Shown one piece after another: positions 1-11,879 of a DNA stretch of 64,000 nucleotides. The translations under genes were made by a program, and so were the position numbers. Each line of letters starts with the position of its first letter. Within the stretch, counting starts at the first letter, position 1. This DNA comes from Mobula hypostoma (taxonomy: Eukaryota): contig NC_086108.1 of NCBI RefSeq assembly GCF_963921235.1, positions 39,868,001 to 39,932,000 on the forward strand, in the 5' to 3' direction. A model generated the notes under the pieces. The model searched no databases and was not told where the DNA came from. It was given only the letters and a program-made list of their open reading frames with translations.

Positions 1-539
1 ACTTTGTTGCTGAGCTAACAACTTACTTAGGCATATCTGGGTATAAGGTAATGTCCATGGAAAAGATAAATCTATCTACTTTGTTTAAAGTAATGAGAAC
101 AATTGAAACACTTCATGTTTTGGCTGAAATCTTGGGTAACTTCACAAATTCTTGAATTTAATGATTATGGTACCTTTTTTTTAACAAGTGATTGTTGGCT
201 CTTAATATGTTTTTTGTATCTGTATTTTTGTGTGACATGAAGTTCAAGTACTCTGCTGAAATGAAGTTCCTCTCCAAGCCATTGATAAGTCTCAACTATT
301 TTTGTGTGTATATTTTGTTCGGATAAATCAAAATCAGATTTTGATTGATATGTAATACTTGTTCAGATATTTCAGTTGTGCTTCCATCACATCTGTGCAT
401 AATTTTGCTGTAGTGTTTTACTACAAGAGAAAATACAGATTTTCACCATGTAGAGAAAATAAAATGACCCTTGTTGAATTTAGTGCTTTTTTTGTGTATT
501 GGGTGTGAAAAAGAAACCTAAAATTAATATTTTTTCCAG

Positions 540-602
540 ATATTTGAAATGATGGATGCCAAAGCTCGTCAAGATTGCATAAAAGAAATAGATCTTCTGA
601 AG
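540..602 (+). CDS. NEK6: NEK6/NEK7-family kinase, internal coding exon (IFEMMDAKARQDCIKEIDLLK; alphaC region)
   Basis: tttttccag|ATA...AAG|gtaaaa, 63 nt, phase 0-0. Peptide matches the NEK6/7 kinase domain; IFEMMDAKARQD is the NEK6-type variant (NEK7 has IFDLMDAKARAD). Paralog call is less certain than the exon call. Confidence 0.93.
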
Positions 603-1192
603 GTAAAAAGAACATCTTAGAAAAAAGTTAGAAAAGGGAAGAACTCATTTTAAGAATGTATGCTTAATGTTTGTTGGCCAGATTTTAGCTTTTTCGAAGA
701 TGTAGCCAAAATGCTGGAGAAAATTCATGTTAACTTTTACTTTGGATTCCGTAAATCAGCAGCAAGAGCTTCTGGTTGGTTCCGTGTCCATTACTGTGCG
801 CAGAAACCATGTCATAGAACTGAAAGCTTGAACCTTCTGTAGTTCCAACAATTTTTATTGTATGTAATGATCTGGTACTCCATGTTGCTCAGTGCAATTA
901 ATCTTGACTACAGCTTTATGACTTTTATCAGTCGCAAATCAACTTTTGGGCTTGTATCAAACCAAAGCATTCATTTGCCTTGTTCATATGAATAATTCTA
1001 GCCATGAAAGGTGAGCTGTTGTCATTGAGGAAATCTCTGTCAAGAAACAATGATGTGAAATGGATGACTCACTATGTGTGGAGGACAGTTAAATAAAGAA
1101 GTATTATATCAATGCTTTTCAGAATTGGAGCATTCCTTCTTTGAAGTTCTATTTTGTAGCTATTTTCTTCTCATTACTGAATAATTTAAATA

Positions 1193-3089
1193 TTTCAAAG
1201 GTTCATTTTGTTGTGTGATGGGGTCCTGAATTACCCCTATGAACTGTGCTTTTGAAAAGAGAGAGAGAGAGAGAGAGTTGTTCAACACCAGACACCTTGT
1301 TATTAAGAGAAAAAGAAGCAAAGACTACTTGGATATGGTGTTATGTTTTCTCTGCAGCATGTTTACACTTCTGCAAGGACACTGGCAGCTTAAGTTCTTG
1401 CAGAGAGAGAAGGGAGGAGCTACTTGATGGACAGCTGGTGTTCAGCATGGTGAGATAAATAGAAGGTCAGATGATAGACAGACAGACACATGGTTTTGGA
1501 CACAGGCTGAGCTTTGTTGTGCCCACGTGAAAAGATGGGTTTTGGAGGATTGATTAAGCAGATCGATCAGTGGCTGTCGCAGTGTGAAAAGGGTGAGACC
1601 GGTGGGGAGTTATTTGTGTGTGCGACCCTCGCATGGGTTGATAATTCCACCACAGAAGAATGGTTCTCTTTGTTGTGTCACAGTCGGTGACTTCTAAAGG
1701 ATTTCAGAGGACAACGAGAAGATCGACAGCGTCAACTCACCTGAGGACTCAAACCTCTCTCTCTTCATCACTACTCAGCTCAATACCACGAACTGAACTG
1801 AACTTTACTCATCATCGTACGACTATCTGTTTACTCCTAGACTTGAAGAAGCTTGGTTTTCATATATTTCCACACTTATACATATCTAATCATTGCTAAC
1901 CTGTTTCATATATCTGATTTTATATTACTGTATTGCATAGTTACTAAAAAAATACCATTAGTTAATAGCAATACTCGACTCCAAAATGTTTTACATTTCT
2001 GCTGGTTGTTTAACCCGTCACGGGGTATGTGACAGTTGTCAAAGTATGCACGTAGAATGCAATACAACTCTGAAATCTGACCGCCAGATAACTATGAAAT
2101 GCAGGAAAACTACTGGAGTCATTGAAAGAAAATATATCACCCCCCGTGCGAAAAAGGAACAAAAACTCGCTAACCTCAAAATCTCCCAACCCCTACCTCA
2201 CACAAAAAGTTAACAGATCGCCTACCTAGAAAATGGTAACTAGAACATCAAAATCCCAAAATCCATCCCCTCCCTTGCACAAAAACTAACAGATCACCTA
2301 CCCAGAAAACGGCAGCTGGAACATGAAAAGCTCCAAACCCCAATCACCTCTCTCACAAAAAAGACAGTGACAATAACATCAAACTGCCAGACCCTCCCCT
2401 GCTAAAAAAGAACAGCGACAATAGTATTAAACCCCAACTCCCTCACAGAAATACAAAAAACTAACATCGCCCACAGAAAGAAACACCAACAAGAACATCA
2501 GACCCCAAATACCCAACCCCTCCCTCAAACAAAAACGAACACATCTCCCACCTGGAACCGCAAATTCCCAATCCTCAAATCGGCAACAAGAAAGAAAACA
2601 CAGAAAACAGGAGGAGATCAGTATAAGCTACAGTCCAATAATCACATAAATCTTAGAATTTTGAGAATATCCAGCATCAAAGAGAGCTACCATTTGAACT
2701 CAGCCCGTCCGTGGAGAGTGACTGGTGATCCCACAGCCTTGCTGACCCATGGCCTCAGTAGAAAGTGTCCACTGACCTCTCTCCATTAGCCTCGGTGCTT
2801 CAAATGTCCTTGATGATTTGAAATGGAGTTGATCATGGCCTCTGGTCTTCTCCATGAGGCAGCCTGTGCTTGCAGTCCTCTCTTGGAATCTTCTTGAGGA
2901 CATTAGAGTGCTAGTTCATTCGATCAAACTCCAAACTGCACGTCACAGGCTCCAACATTTCTGAAACACAAACAAGTCAAAAAGAACAAGCAGAAGGCAA
3001 AAAAAAATGAAATAATTGAAATGATTGGCTATTGGAAGATCCCGCCCAAGGAATTATTGTTCACTGGAGCCATCTTGACTGGTAACTTC
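1193..3089 (-). mobile_element. Non-autonomous retroposon with CAAGATGGC head, internal tandem repeats and LINE-like 3' tail, interrupted by the solo LTR
   Basis: Minus-strand 5' end GAAGTTACCAGTCAAGATGGCTCC (~3089). Removing the LTR rebuilds the tail TGCATACTTTGACAACAAAATGAACCTTTGAA. Degenerate ~40-75 bp repeats at ~2160-2600. Confidence 0.5.
1214..2034. mobile_element. Solo LTR (probably Gypsy-type)
   Basis: TGTGA...TGACA termini, 4-bp TSD GTTG (1210-1213, 2035-2038), 821 bp, internal (GA)n, no coding potential. Confidence 0.75.
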
Positions 3090-3154
3090 ACATGCCAGCT
3101 GTATTTTTAAGCACAAGGCTAACTAACCTTTTGCATAGTTATAAATTTCCTACA

Positions 3155-3267
3155 GTTTTTTTAAAGTTTTGACAAAGTCCTGTACAGTAGCCTGGTCCAG
3201 GAGGTTGGGGCACATGAGACTTGCAGTGTGTTGGCAAACTGTGTCCAAAATCAGCTTAATGATAAGA
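3155..3267 (+). mobile_element. Old CR1 LINE RT remnant hosting the Academ (continues ~6680-6830)
   Basis: Decayed FDKV...LVQ..AH...LAN.VQN.LNDK|RQRVV reads through when the Academ is removed. Confidence 0.6.
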
Positions 3268-6200
3268 TAGTCCTTGAACCAGTAGGGTTGGTGGGTACCA
3301 TCTGAGGGGAATAATGCTTGTAGTGATTTTTGACAAGGTATACGTCTCTAGAGTTAGAAAATATGTGATAGCATTGCACCAGTGGTAGCTTTATTACTTC
3401 AAATAAGTAATCACTTTTTTGTATATATTCCATATTAACATCAGTACAGCAGAAAATGTTACCCCGCCCCTCAAAAGATGAAAAACCTCATTTGGAGAGA
3501 TTTCTGGAGTTTTATCACTGTCATAATATTTTCCATATTGTATCAAATTAAAACAATCCTAAGCTTTTGTCATAGCATATAGAATTACGGTACAATAATT
3601 CAAATGTGGGGTTCCGCACAGCCATAACCTAGGCCCCATTTGGTTGTAAAATGAATATATGTAATCAAAGACTGCTTTCCATACTTTGTTTTCCATACTT
3701 TCATAACTTATTAATAATTGTAATAATTTTCCAAGTCTTTCATATCTTCCACATCTTCATCCGAACTTTCCACACTCTCTGAGGTGGATGCCTGGTTCTC
3801 ACAGTCTGCCAGTCTACACATGTCACTACACCTGAGGTCATTTGCAACACCCATACATCTTGGGAGTGAACATTTTTTTTGGACAGTTACAGGCCAGTAG
3901 ATCCAGGACTGCATCGGATGCTGACTGGTCTTCCATCCAGTGCACCACCAACTGTTCAGCTTCCTCTTCTCTCTCCATCTTCCATCCTCTGCCAACAGGG
4001 CTTGGCCCTTGTGGGTCCTTCTCCAAACATCTTCTCTATATACCAGCCTGGTAGTTGGCTCAGTGTGCATGTTTGTTAAGCAGTCCTTGCATGGTGGGAG
4101 TTGATAACTTTCAATTTCACCTTTTTTGGCACAGAAAAGGTGATACCGGAGCTCATTGACCTTGGTGGTCGATGCTTTCGGGGCATACAGGAGACATGTA
4201 AATGCCTCCAGTTTGTCCATCAATTCTTGGGAGAGTTCCCATTCCTGACCCAACTCTAAGAATGTGTCGTGAGTTTCCCTGTTGCTGGTCAGAAGTTTTA
4301 GGGCACTTGTCTTCCCTTTGCCTGCAAAAGCGCTTACAGTGTCACCTCTTGTATATGTGTGCAACTCGATGAGAGCCCTACAAACCTCTATGCCAGCAGT
4401 GGCAGCAACCTTCCTGATGTCTACAAACCTTGTATGGGTTCTAGTGCCACACTTCTGGAACAATGGCGCCTCAATCTTGTCACAAAATGCTAAAGACATG
4501 ATAAAGACATCTCTGTCTTCTGAACAGATCACTACAGATTGGTGTTCCTCTCTTGTGGCATGGGCAGCGTGGAGAAGTAGGCGGCCATCTGCTTCTTCTT
4601 GTTGACACTGAAGAGCTGACACCTCACTGTCTTGAGATGTGATTCTGTAACATTTATCATTCACAGTCGCATACAGAATCTTCTCCTGTAGCTTTGCTCT
4701 GTACTCTACCATCCTGCATTCATGGACTATGAAGCATATGAGACTATTTTTGTTCCTGACTTTGGTCAGGAAGCTCCTCCACTGCCTCACCATCTGTGTA
4801 CCTGTGATACCTTGCAACTCATGACCAGTCTTTTCACCCCGTAGAAATCTTTCACTATTCTTGATAGAGTTCTCCTTGTATGTGTTGAACACAACATCTA
4901 TTCTGCTACTCTGACCGCCTTCCCTCAGAGCCATACCCAGAATTGTTGTGGCAACATCTCTGAAAGTAACTTGATCGCCTTTCACTCTTTGGACCAAGTT
5001 CATTCCATCAACCACTGTAGCAGAGTTTCCTGGGAGTTGCTCTTCTACTGCTACATTTTTCTGCAAGGTTGTGGCTAAAGTAGCTTTATTTGTCTTTCTC
5101 AGCATTTCTTTTGGTGTGGACAGGGCCTGATATGTGATGAAGTCTGATCTATGATCTTGTTGAAATTGGTTGCCTTGGCCCTCCAAACTTTGAGTTCCCT
5201 CTGTAGAGTTTGATTTTCCAAGAAAACGTCCCTTAATGATACACTTTCAGGAACCATTAACAATTTTCCTTTGTCATCTGGAAATATATCTACTGAATTG
5301 CCCAGCTCAGATTCCAGTTTCCTATGAATGTGCTTCCTTGTAGAATCTTGCAGGAGTGTAACTCCATCAGATAGCATGAAAGATTCAAGTTTCGTGACCA
5401 AAGAAGTGTGTGATATCAGTTCTGATATACTTGAAAAGGTCCTTATAGAGGCTTCCCTTTCAATCCTTTTATACAGTTCATCACCATCTGTTTCATCATC
5501 ATTCTCTTTGTACTCAGGTTCCTTTTTCTTGATTCTAGTATAATCCTTATAGCATGAGACATGATAGTGGGCCTCTGCAGCAACTATGTCTCTGCTTGTT
5601 ACTGTTAGAATCTTTTCATCTTCCTTTTGGGTTGCACTTTCCTGTAGTGTTTGGTCAGCTCTGAGTTGTACAGCTTGTGTAAGCTTTTCACGTGACTTGG
5701 ACCCTTTCAGAAATTTCACCTTATTACAAAAAGTGCAGATTTGATCATACGCCCTTGCTTCTGATGAAGATCTCCTACTTGGCCTTTTTGATGTACAAGT
5801 ACTCTCACCGCCTTCATCAGTAATGCTTTCCTTGGCTTTCCTTTTCAGAGTCTCTTCATGGCGAAGAGGCTTCGGCATTTTCAGTGATAGTAGATTCTTG
5901 GGACTTCTTTTTCTCCAAGTTCTTTAGCAACGTGTAAAATAGGGGCATAGTTTCTCACTTTGGCTGCTTCAAATAATGTTTTCCAGGATTCATAGTCTTG
6001 AGGACTAATTAAATGGTCATCATATTCTTTTGATGTTTCCGGTGTATGATACACTGCTTCTTAATAGATTCTTTGTGCTTATGGCTCTCCATTCTGAAGC
6101 AAAGTGATTCAGCTACTCGAGATCTAAATCTACTCTACTCTTCCCTCTCCTCTATTGTGCAGGACCATCCCACCACCACAGTACCTGAAACAGAAAAAAA

Positions 6201-6676
6201 TCACATTAACATTGCTGGTGAAAAAGTACCTGCTGCAAAGGTGATATACATGTATGTATAAATGGCGATACACAAGATATAAATGTGAAACAGAACATGA
6301 AAACAGAAGTACATCTTATGTAATGTATAGTCACTGTGTTGTCACTGCCAGTAATAGGTAACATTTGTAGAGATGCTAATTTTAACAACTTTTCTGAAAA
6401 ACATGTGGTCTGAGCTATATTCCCACCAATTTTCAAAGACAAGGCATCAATAATAAGAGAGAACCATCAGTTTGAAGTAGAATGCTTTATTCTGTGCTAT
6501 GTATAGTTTTGAGAAGTGTGTTTTGGCATTGGGTTATAAATCGAGTGATAACACACAGAAAGCTATCACATAATTTCTAGCACTAGGGGTGTATACACCT
6601 TGCCAAAAATCACTCAAGAATTATTCCCCCCAGATGGTACCGGTGGCCCAAATTTGGGGTCCTGGCTCACAGACTA
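3268..6676 (-). mobile_element. Academ (AcademX-type) DNA transposon, internally deleted
   Basis: TAG...CTA termini, ~105-115 bp imperfect TIRs (3268-~3372, ~6562-6676), 3-bp TSD AGA. ORF remnants encode an XPG/PIN-like nuclease (EEADGRLLLHA, GDTVSAFAGKGK) and a C-terminal Cys-rich finger. Confidence 0.8.
3711..6092 (-). pseudogene. Disrupted Academ protein (N-terminus plus XPG-like nuclease plus Cys8-like finger)
   Basis: ORFs 5099-5878, 3711-5186 and 3838-4026 join through frameshifts; probable ATG near 6092 (MESHKHK...); deletion junction near 5126. Confidence 0.7.
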
Positions 6677-7085
6677 AGAGGCAGAGAGTAGTGTCAAGCA
6701 TGTATTTCTGGTTGAAAGTATGCAAACAATGGTGTCTCGCTAGGACTGTGGTGTGAGTGTCTTGGATGAAAATGTAGGTGAACTGATTTGGAAGTTTGAC
6801 AACATTACAAAAGTTGGAGGAGATTAAGTGAACAGTCCTTTATCTTGTAACTATGTCCTCCCATTCCAGACTTATCCACTATATAATTTAGAATGACAGA
6901 AATAAATTAATTCATGTTATTTGTTTATTTTTAAAATTTGTGTTCTTCATGAAATCATTGATTCATCAGAATTATTTAGAAAGACAAATTGCTAGTGATT
7001 ATATTTTATCTCTAAGAAGTAGCAAAATCTGTAATATCCATAATGAATATTTGATTGAATTGTTTTATGCTTATGTATTTTACAG

Positions 7086-7196
7086 CAATTAAACCATCCA
7101 AATGTAATAAAATATCTTGCATCATTCATTGAAGATAATGAGCTAAATATTGTACTGGAACTGGCAGATGCTGGAGACCTTTCTAGGATGATTAAG
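7086..7196 (+). CDS. NEK6: NEK6/NEK7-family kinase exon ([37 protein letters not shown])
   Basis: ttttacag|CAA...AAG|gtaaat, 111 nt, phase 0-0, continues the previous exon in frame. Confidence 0.93.
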
Positions 7197-10143
7197 GTAA
7201 ATATTTGTAACCTTATGCAGTTTTTGCCCTTATAATGTACTTATTATTGGATTTCATGTGTTGTTTATTTAAATAATTTAAAGAATATTTGATTGGAAGT
7301 ATTGACAGCATATTAAAGGAAAAAGAATTTTATGGATCAACTTTACTATTGAAGTAGACCTTACTGGGGGTGATGGGTCGATGGCGGGGAAAAAACATTT
7401 TCTTTTCAGTTAAAAATGTAACTTTTTTTGCCAGCTTGGAAACACTTAAGTTGTTTCTCAGCTTTACTAATTACTGTGTTATGTATCTGCTGTTTTTTTT
7501 TAATGTTGCATGGGTTACATTAGCTGTCAGTCCAAAACTTGCCTGTCTGGAAATTTGATTGCATGGCACTGTTTTTCCAGTGCTACTTGCAAGGAAATCT
7601 GTTTTCCCTGGGGGTACCCTTCATCACTCACCCCATACTCAGAAGCGGAACATGTATTTTGCTTTCCTGTCCAGACCGAAACGTGTTTACGGTAGCATTT
7701 CCTTCTGTGGCTTGCATAGATGTAGCATCTGATTTGCACATAATGTGTTTTCTGGCAGTCTGATCTTTTTATAATATTTTGAAAAAAGACAATGGCCCAG
7801 ATTTTGCATATTGATGATTTTGAACTCAGTGGAACTATCGATATTTCCTGTGAAACTGGCAAGAAGCAAAGGATTTCCATCCATGTTTAATTTAAAGTAG
7901 AAATCCCAAAGTTGCTGTCAGCAGTTTGCTCTACCTTCAGACTTTTCATACCACAGTGAAGCTAACTGGTTTCAACCAATGTGTATTTCAGATATTTATG
8001 AATGAAACCTATGCAAAATACATTGGAAATCTTTTGCTTTGTTGGATTAGTTCCAATTGAACTTCCACCAATTTAAATATTTCTTAGTAAAATATATGAT
8101 CCTCACCGTTTTATTTCTTCTAATATTCTCACATGAATATTTCATAATTTGTGGTTTTAAAAGACAAATTTATTAAAATGCTTATTCAGTACTTCACCTG
8201 TATTTTATTTGTATATGTTCTATCATTTTATTAGTTCCCTTAATGGATGAAGAGTTAGGTAAAGAATGTATTTGCTTACTGATTTTCTAACTCTAAAATG
8301 TTTTGACGTGATTCACTGCTCAATCATCATGATAGTATCTCTGTTGCTGGGATACAGAGATTCTTTTGAAATGATGCTTGAAAGAAAATTCTTGTAGAAA
8401 TTTCAAAATCTTCAAGAGAATTATTTTGTTTAAAGGCCTCTGCAAACTGACTATCAATTCTGGGCCACTGTAATATTGTGCAATTTTCTTTGCGCAGTAG
8501 TAATTTTAATATTTTGGTGGTTCTGCTAAAGAAAATGTGTTAATTTATTGCTCTTTTAACAAATCTCTTGTGTCACTAGTCATTTTACTTGAAGATAAGC
8601 AACAGATGAATACTGTGAAAATGTCAGCGGCGCTACATTAATAGAAAAACAACAATTAAAATCCAAAAAAGTCTGAATAAAATTGCTTCAAGCATTCTCT
8701 GGAGATGTAGATATGTAACTTCTGGAAAAATAATTTATTTGTATGAAAACTTAAAAGTATTAGCAAGTGAAAGGAATGTCATGTCTGCTTAAATTTCTTT
8801 TTAAAACTGCTGTGAATCCACATGCAAACCATGCAATTCTCTCATAGCATATTTGTGATATCTGTGAATAGAGTATTGAAAAACATACTGGCAAAAGAAT
8901 GAGTCACATCTGCTCAACAGTTTAGTAAGTAACAGTTCCTTCTAAAACTTATTTTAGGAAATTTTAACTAGGGGGATCTTTATTAAAAAATGTAAAAGTC
9001 TATCACAGATCGAGGAAAAAAGGTCTCAAAGATTTGGCAAAGCCTTTTAATGTTAGCAAACTGGGGGGTGGGAGGGTTAAGAGTCATTTTGAATACAATC
9101 ACTAGATTGTTTGCAGTCCCATTCTAATGTTAAGATCCTAATCTACTAAACAAGTCTTTTTTCTCACTAAACCTGGTGTGAAATATTGAGTCATACTTGA
9201 TTAACTAGCAGCGAAGTTGATGATGTCCATTTGGGAAACAAAATCATCTAAATCATCTTTCAATTTCAGTATCAAAAATTTGAAATTGCTATCCATTTCA
9301 GGGAGCAATGGTAGGAGACAATAATTTTCTTTATTGCTATCACAAATTCTAAGCCAATATCCATAAAGAGCAGGAAGATGGGATCAAGGGAAACCAAAGT
9401 GAACAGAAAAACAAATTGCCAAGAAAAATTAAACAAAAATCACCAACACATTTAACAGCTCTTGAGCTCTTCATTTGCAGAAATTAATTGGCTGCACCTT
9501 AATTTGTCATACCTTTATTTAGAATGTGCAGTACGTCATGAAAGAGTGTGGATTCTTTTATGCTATTTGTGACACTGCTCAGAAAACCTGACTTTGTGCT
9601 GTTTATAGAAGAGTAACATGGATAGGAAATTCAAGAATAATTTTTAGTTAAATTCCAGCCCAAAGGTTTTCTTATTTTGATAACATTATAGTGTTAGCAA
9701 AATATTAAAAATATATATTTGCTACCATTTGAATAGCAGTTACACAAAAATAAAACATTTTTTTTCTCTTTAATAGATACCCATGGAGGAGCTGTTGCTT
9801 TCAAAGCACATTGATTGCATTGATCTGTTTAACTAGTGCAAACATGTTTTTGTACTTAATTATATATTTTTTTAACTATGTGGTAGAAAGTATCTTTTAG
9901 ATAGCACCATATGGTCAAACATTAGCTACAGCTAAATGAGTTAGTATGTATAAGTCAAAAGTTGACATATGCGCAACTTTTCCTGGGAATGGTGGGAGTA
10001 GGGGTAGGGGGAATGATCACAAACACTGAAGTGATGTGTAGTTTGGAAGAATCTATTTTTGCACAAGTTACATTTCTACAATGCTTTCATGCTCAAGACT
10101 TTAGTCAGTTGATGTGATAATGAGGGTTTTAAAGTAATGAATA

Positions 10144-10244
10144 AAGTCCTGACGAAGGGTCTCGGCCTGAAACGTTGACTGCACCTCTTCCTACAGATGC
10201 TGCTTGGCCTGCTGCGTTCACCAGCAACTTTGATGTGTGTTGTT
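10144..10244 (+). mobile_element. 101-bp Penelope pseudo-LTR mini-insertion
   Basis: Same sequence as the 3' ends of the longer PLEs in the window; 9-bp TSD TAATGAATA (10135-10143, 10245-10253). Confidence 0.8.
10145..10180 (+). ncRNA. Minimal type I hammerhead ribozyme motif
   Basis: AGTC-CTGACGA-AGG(GTCTCGG)CCT-GAAAC-GTT-GACT: stem I AGTC/GACT, CUGANGA box, stem II, GAAA box, loopless palindromic stem III, GUU triplet. Confidence 0.7.
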
Positions 10245-11879
10245 TAATGAATATACTGTTGTTTTTAAGCAAATGAATTTAACAATGCAATACAAAACAA
10301 TCTAGATGTACATTTTAGCTATAGATTATCAATCATATATAATATGCTTAACTCTCAAGGCTAATTATTCTGAAATCAATTATTTATAAATTTTGCATAC
10401 AGATTTTTTTGGGTTTTGTGAGCAAATATGGTTTTGTATTTGATATGTGATGACATGCAGGCATCTTGTCTCAGTTGTTCCTTTAAACAGGATTTTGAGC
10501 AATGTTTTCAGAGCCCCCTTTTTATGAATTCCATCAAATACTGTTTAAATGTGCAAATTTTTGTTATGATTGATATGCAGTTAAATGTACTATGTGGTGC
10601 CTTTCATGACCTTTAGATCAATCACTACTTTAGGTTTTTTTACTGTTACAATGCAGGAAGCTAAACACTTAAATTTCCACATATGTTAGTGAATCATGAA
10701 TACACATACATTTGCAATAAGCTAATTGTTCTGTCCAAATGAGGCAGCTGGTAAAATATATGAATCAATTTAATTGGCCTTTTCCTCAACGTGGTTGGTG
10801 AGAAGAGCAAATTTGAATGAGAAATACCAGAATTTAAATTTCAGAAATTAAAGCGATTAACAGTGATTTAAAAAAATTAAACAAATACTCAAAACTGAGG
10901 AAGTAAAGTTGAGAGTACACCCTCGAAGAAGATGTCGTTCACTTAGTTGATTGGATTTCTCCAAATTAACAGAAGTCTGGAAAAGTGAATTAAACATTGA
11001 GAGTGAAGAATTTGGGATATTACTGGAAACTGCACGTACCTGGAATTAAAAATATTGACTTGCCATTTGAGTATGTAGGAAGTGAAGATTTTAAGGAGAA
11101 TACTGGCTGATGCTCTGTGAAATTACCCATGGAGTCAAAACAAGTGTAGTCTTCAACTCGTTTATTTGTCCAAGATATCTAGATGTATTTCAGATTCTGT
11201 TGCAGAAGATTTTCTATCCCCTCAACTGAATGTTCTGATTTTTGATTAGGATTAAATAATGAGTATATATTCATTTGGGAAGCAGCATTTATTGATACTT
11301 TAGGTTTTCTTTTCCTGTTGCAACTATGAAATGTCCTTTTATTTTTAATAGCAGCAATATGCATACAATGAATGATAAGAAAATTTCTGTTATGTGTTGA
11401 TATTGAGTGGAAAGCAAAGCATCATAGCACAGAGGTCAACTTCACCATACCTCAGCTGGTGGAAAATTTAAATAAATCAAAACGAACTGAGGCACAAGGT
11501 GAATGAAAATCAAAGTGTTACTGGAAGGGGTAGAAAATGTAACCAAAAGTATGCAGTGGTCTTTGAATACTGAAAGGAGGAAAATTATGCTGAGGGGGAA
11601 AAAAAGCTTAAGGATCCATGTCTGTATGTATTTAGCATTTGTAGCAAGATAGATAAATTAATGGTAGAAATAGATATGAGTTATATTTTATCTGCAGTTA
11701 CAGAGATGTGGTTGCAGAGAATGTAGGAGTGGAAGCTCAGGACTCTTAGTTATTTAGTGTTCCAAAAGAATCAGCAAAAAGGACAAGGATGCATGGTTAA
11801 TGGAGTAAGGACCTATGCATTGGTGAGTCTTTCTGCCTCCAAAATAAAGTGCATCAGAACTATCAAAGGACATTAGCAA

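Noticed and set aside
2160..2600. Repeat-spacer-like pattern resembling a CRISPR array
   Set aside because: Degenerate variable-length tandem repeats inside a eukaryotic retroposon; no identical repeats, unique spacers or cas genes.
3188..3206. TAGCCTGGTCCAGGA as the left Academ terminus
   Set aside because: It belongs to the host CR1 remnant; the true end at 3268 has a long TIR match and an exact AGA TSD.
6185..6229. GT-AG mini-intron in the Academ 5' UTR (minus strand)
   Set aside because: Only 45 nt, too short; the acceptor may be real but its donor cannot be assigned.
7527..7884. Overlapping ORFs (117, 74 and 65 aa) as a nested gene or retrocopy
   Set aside because: No recognisable protein motif, poly(A) or TSD; consistent with chance ORFs.
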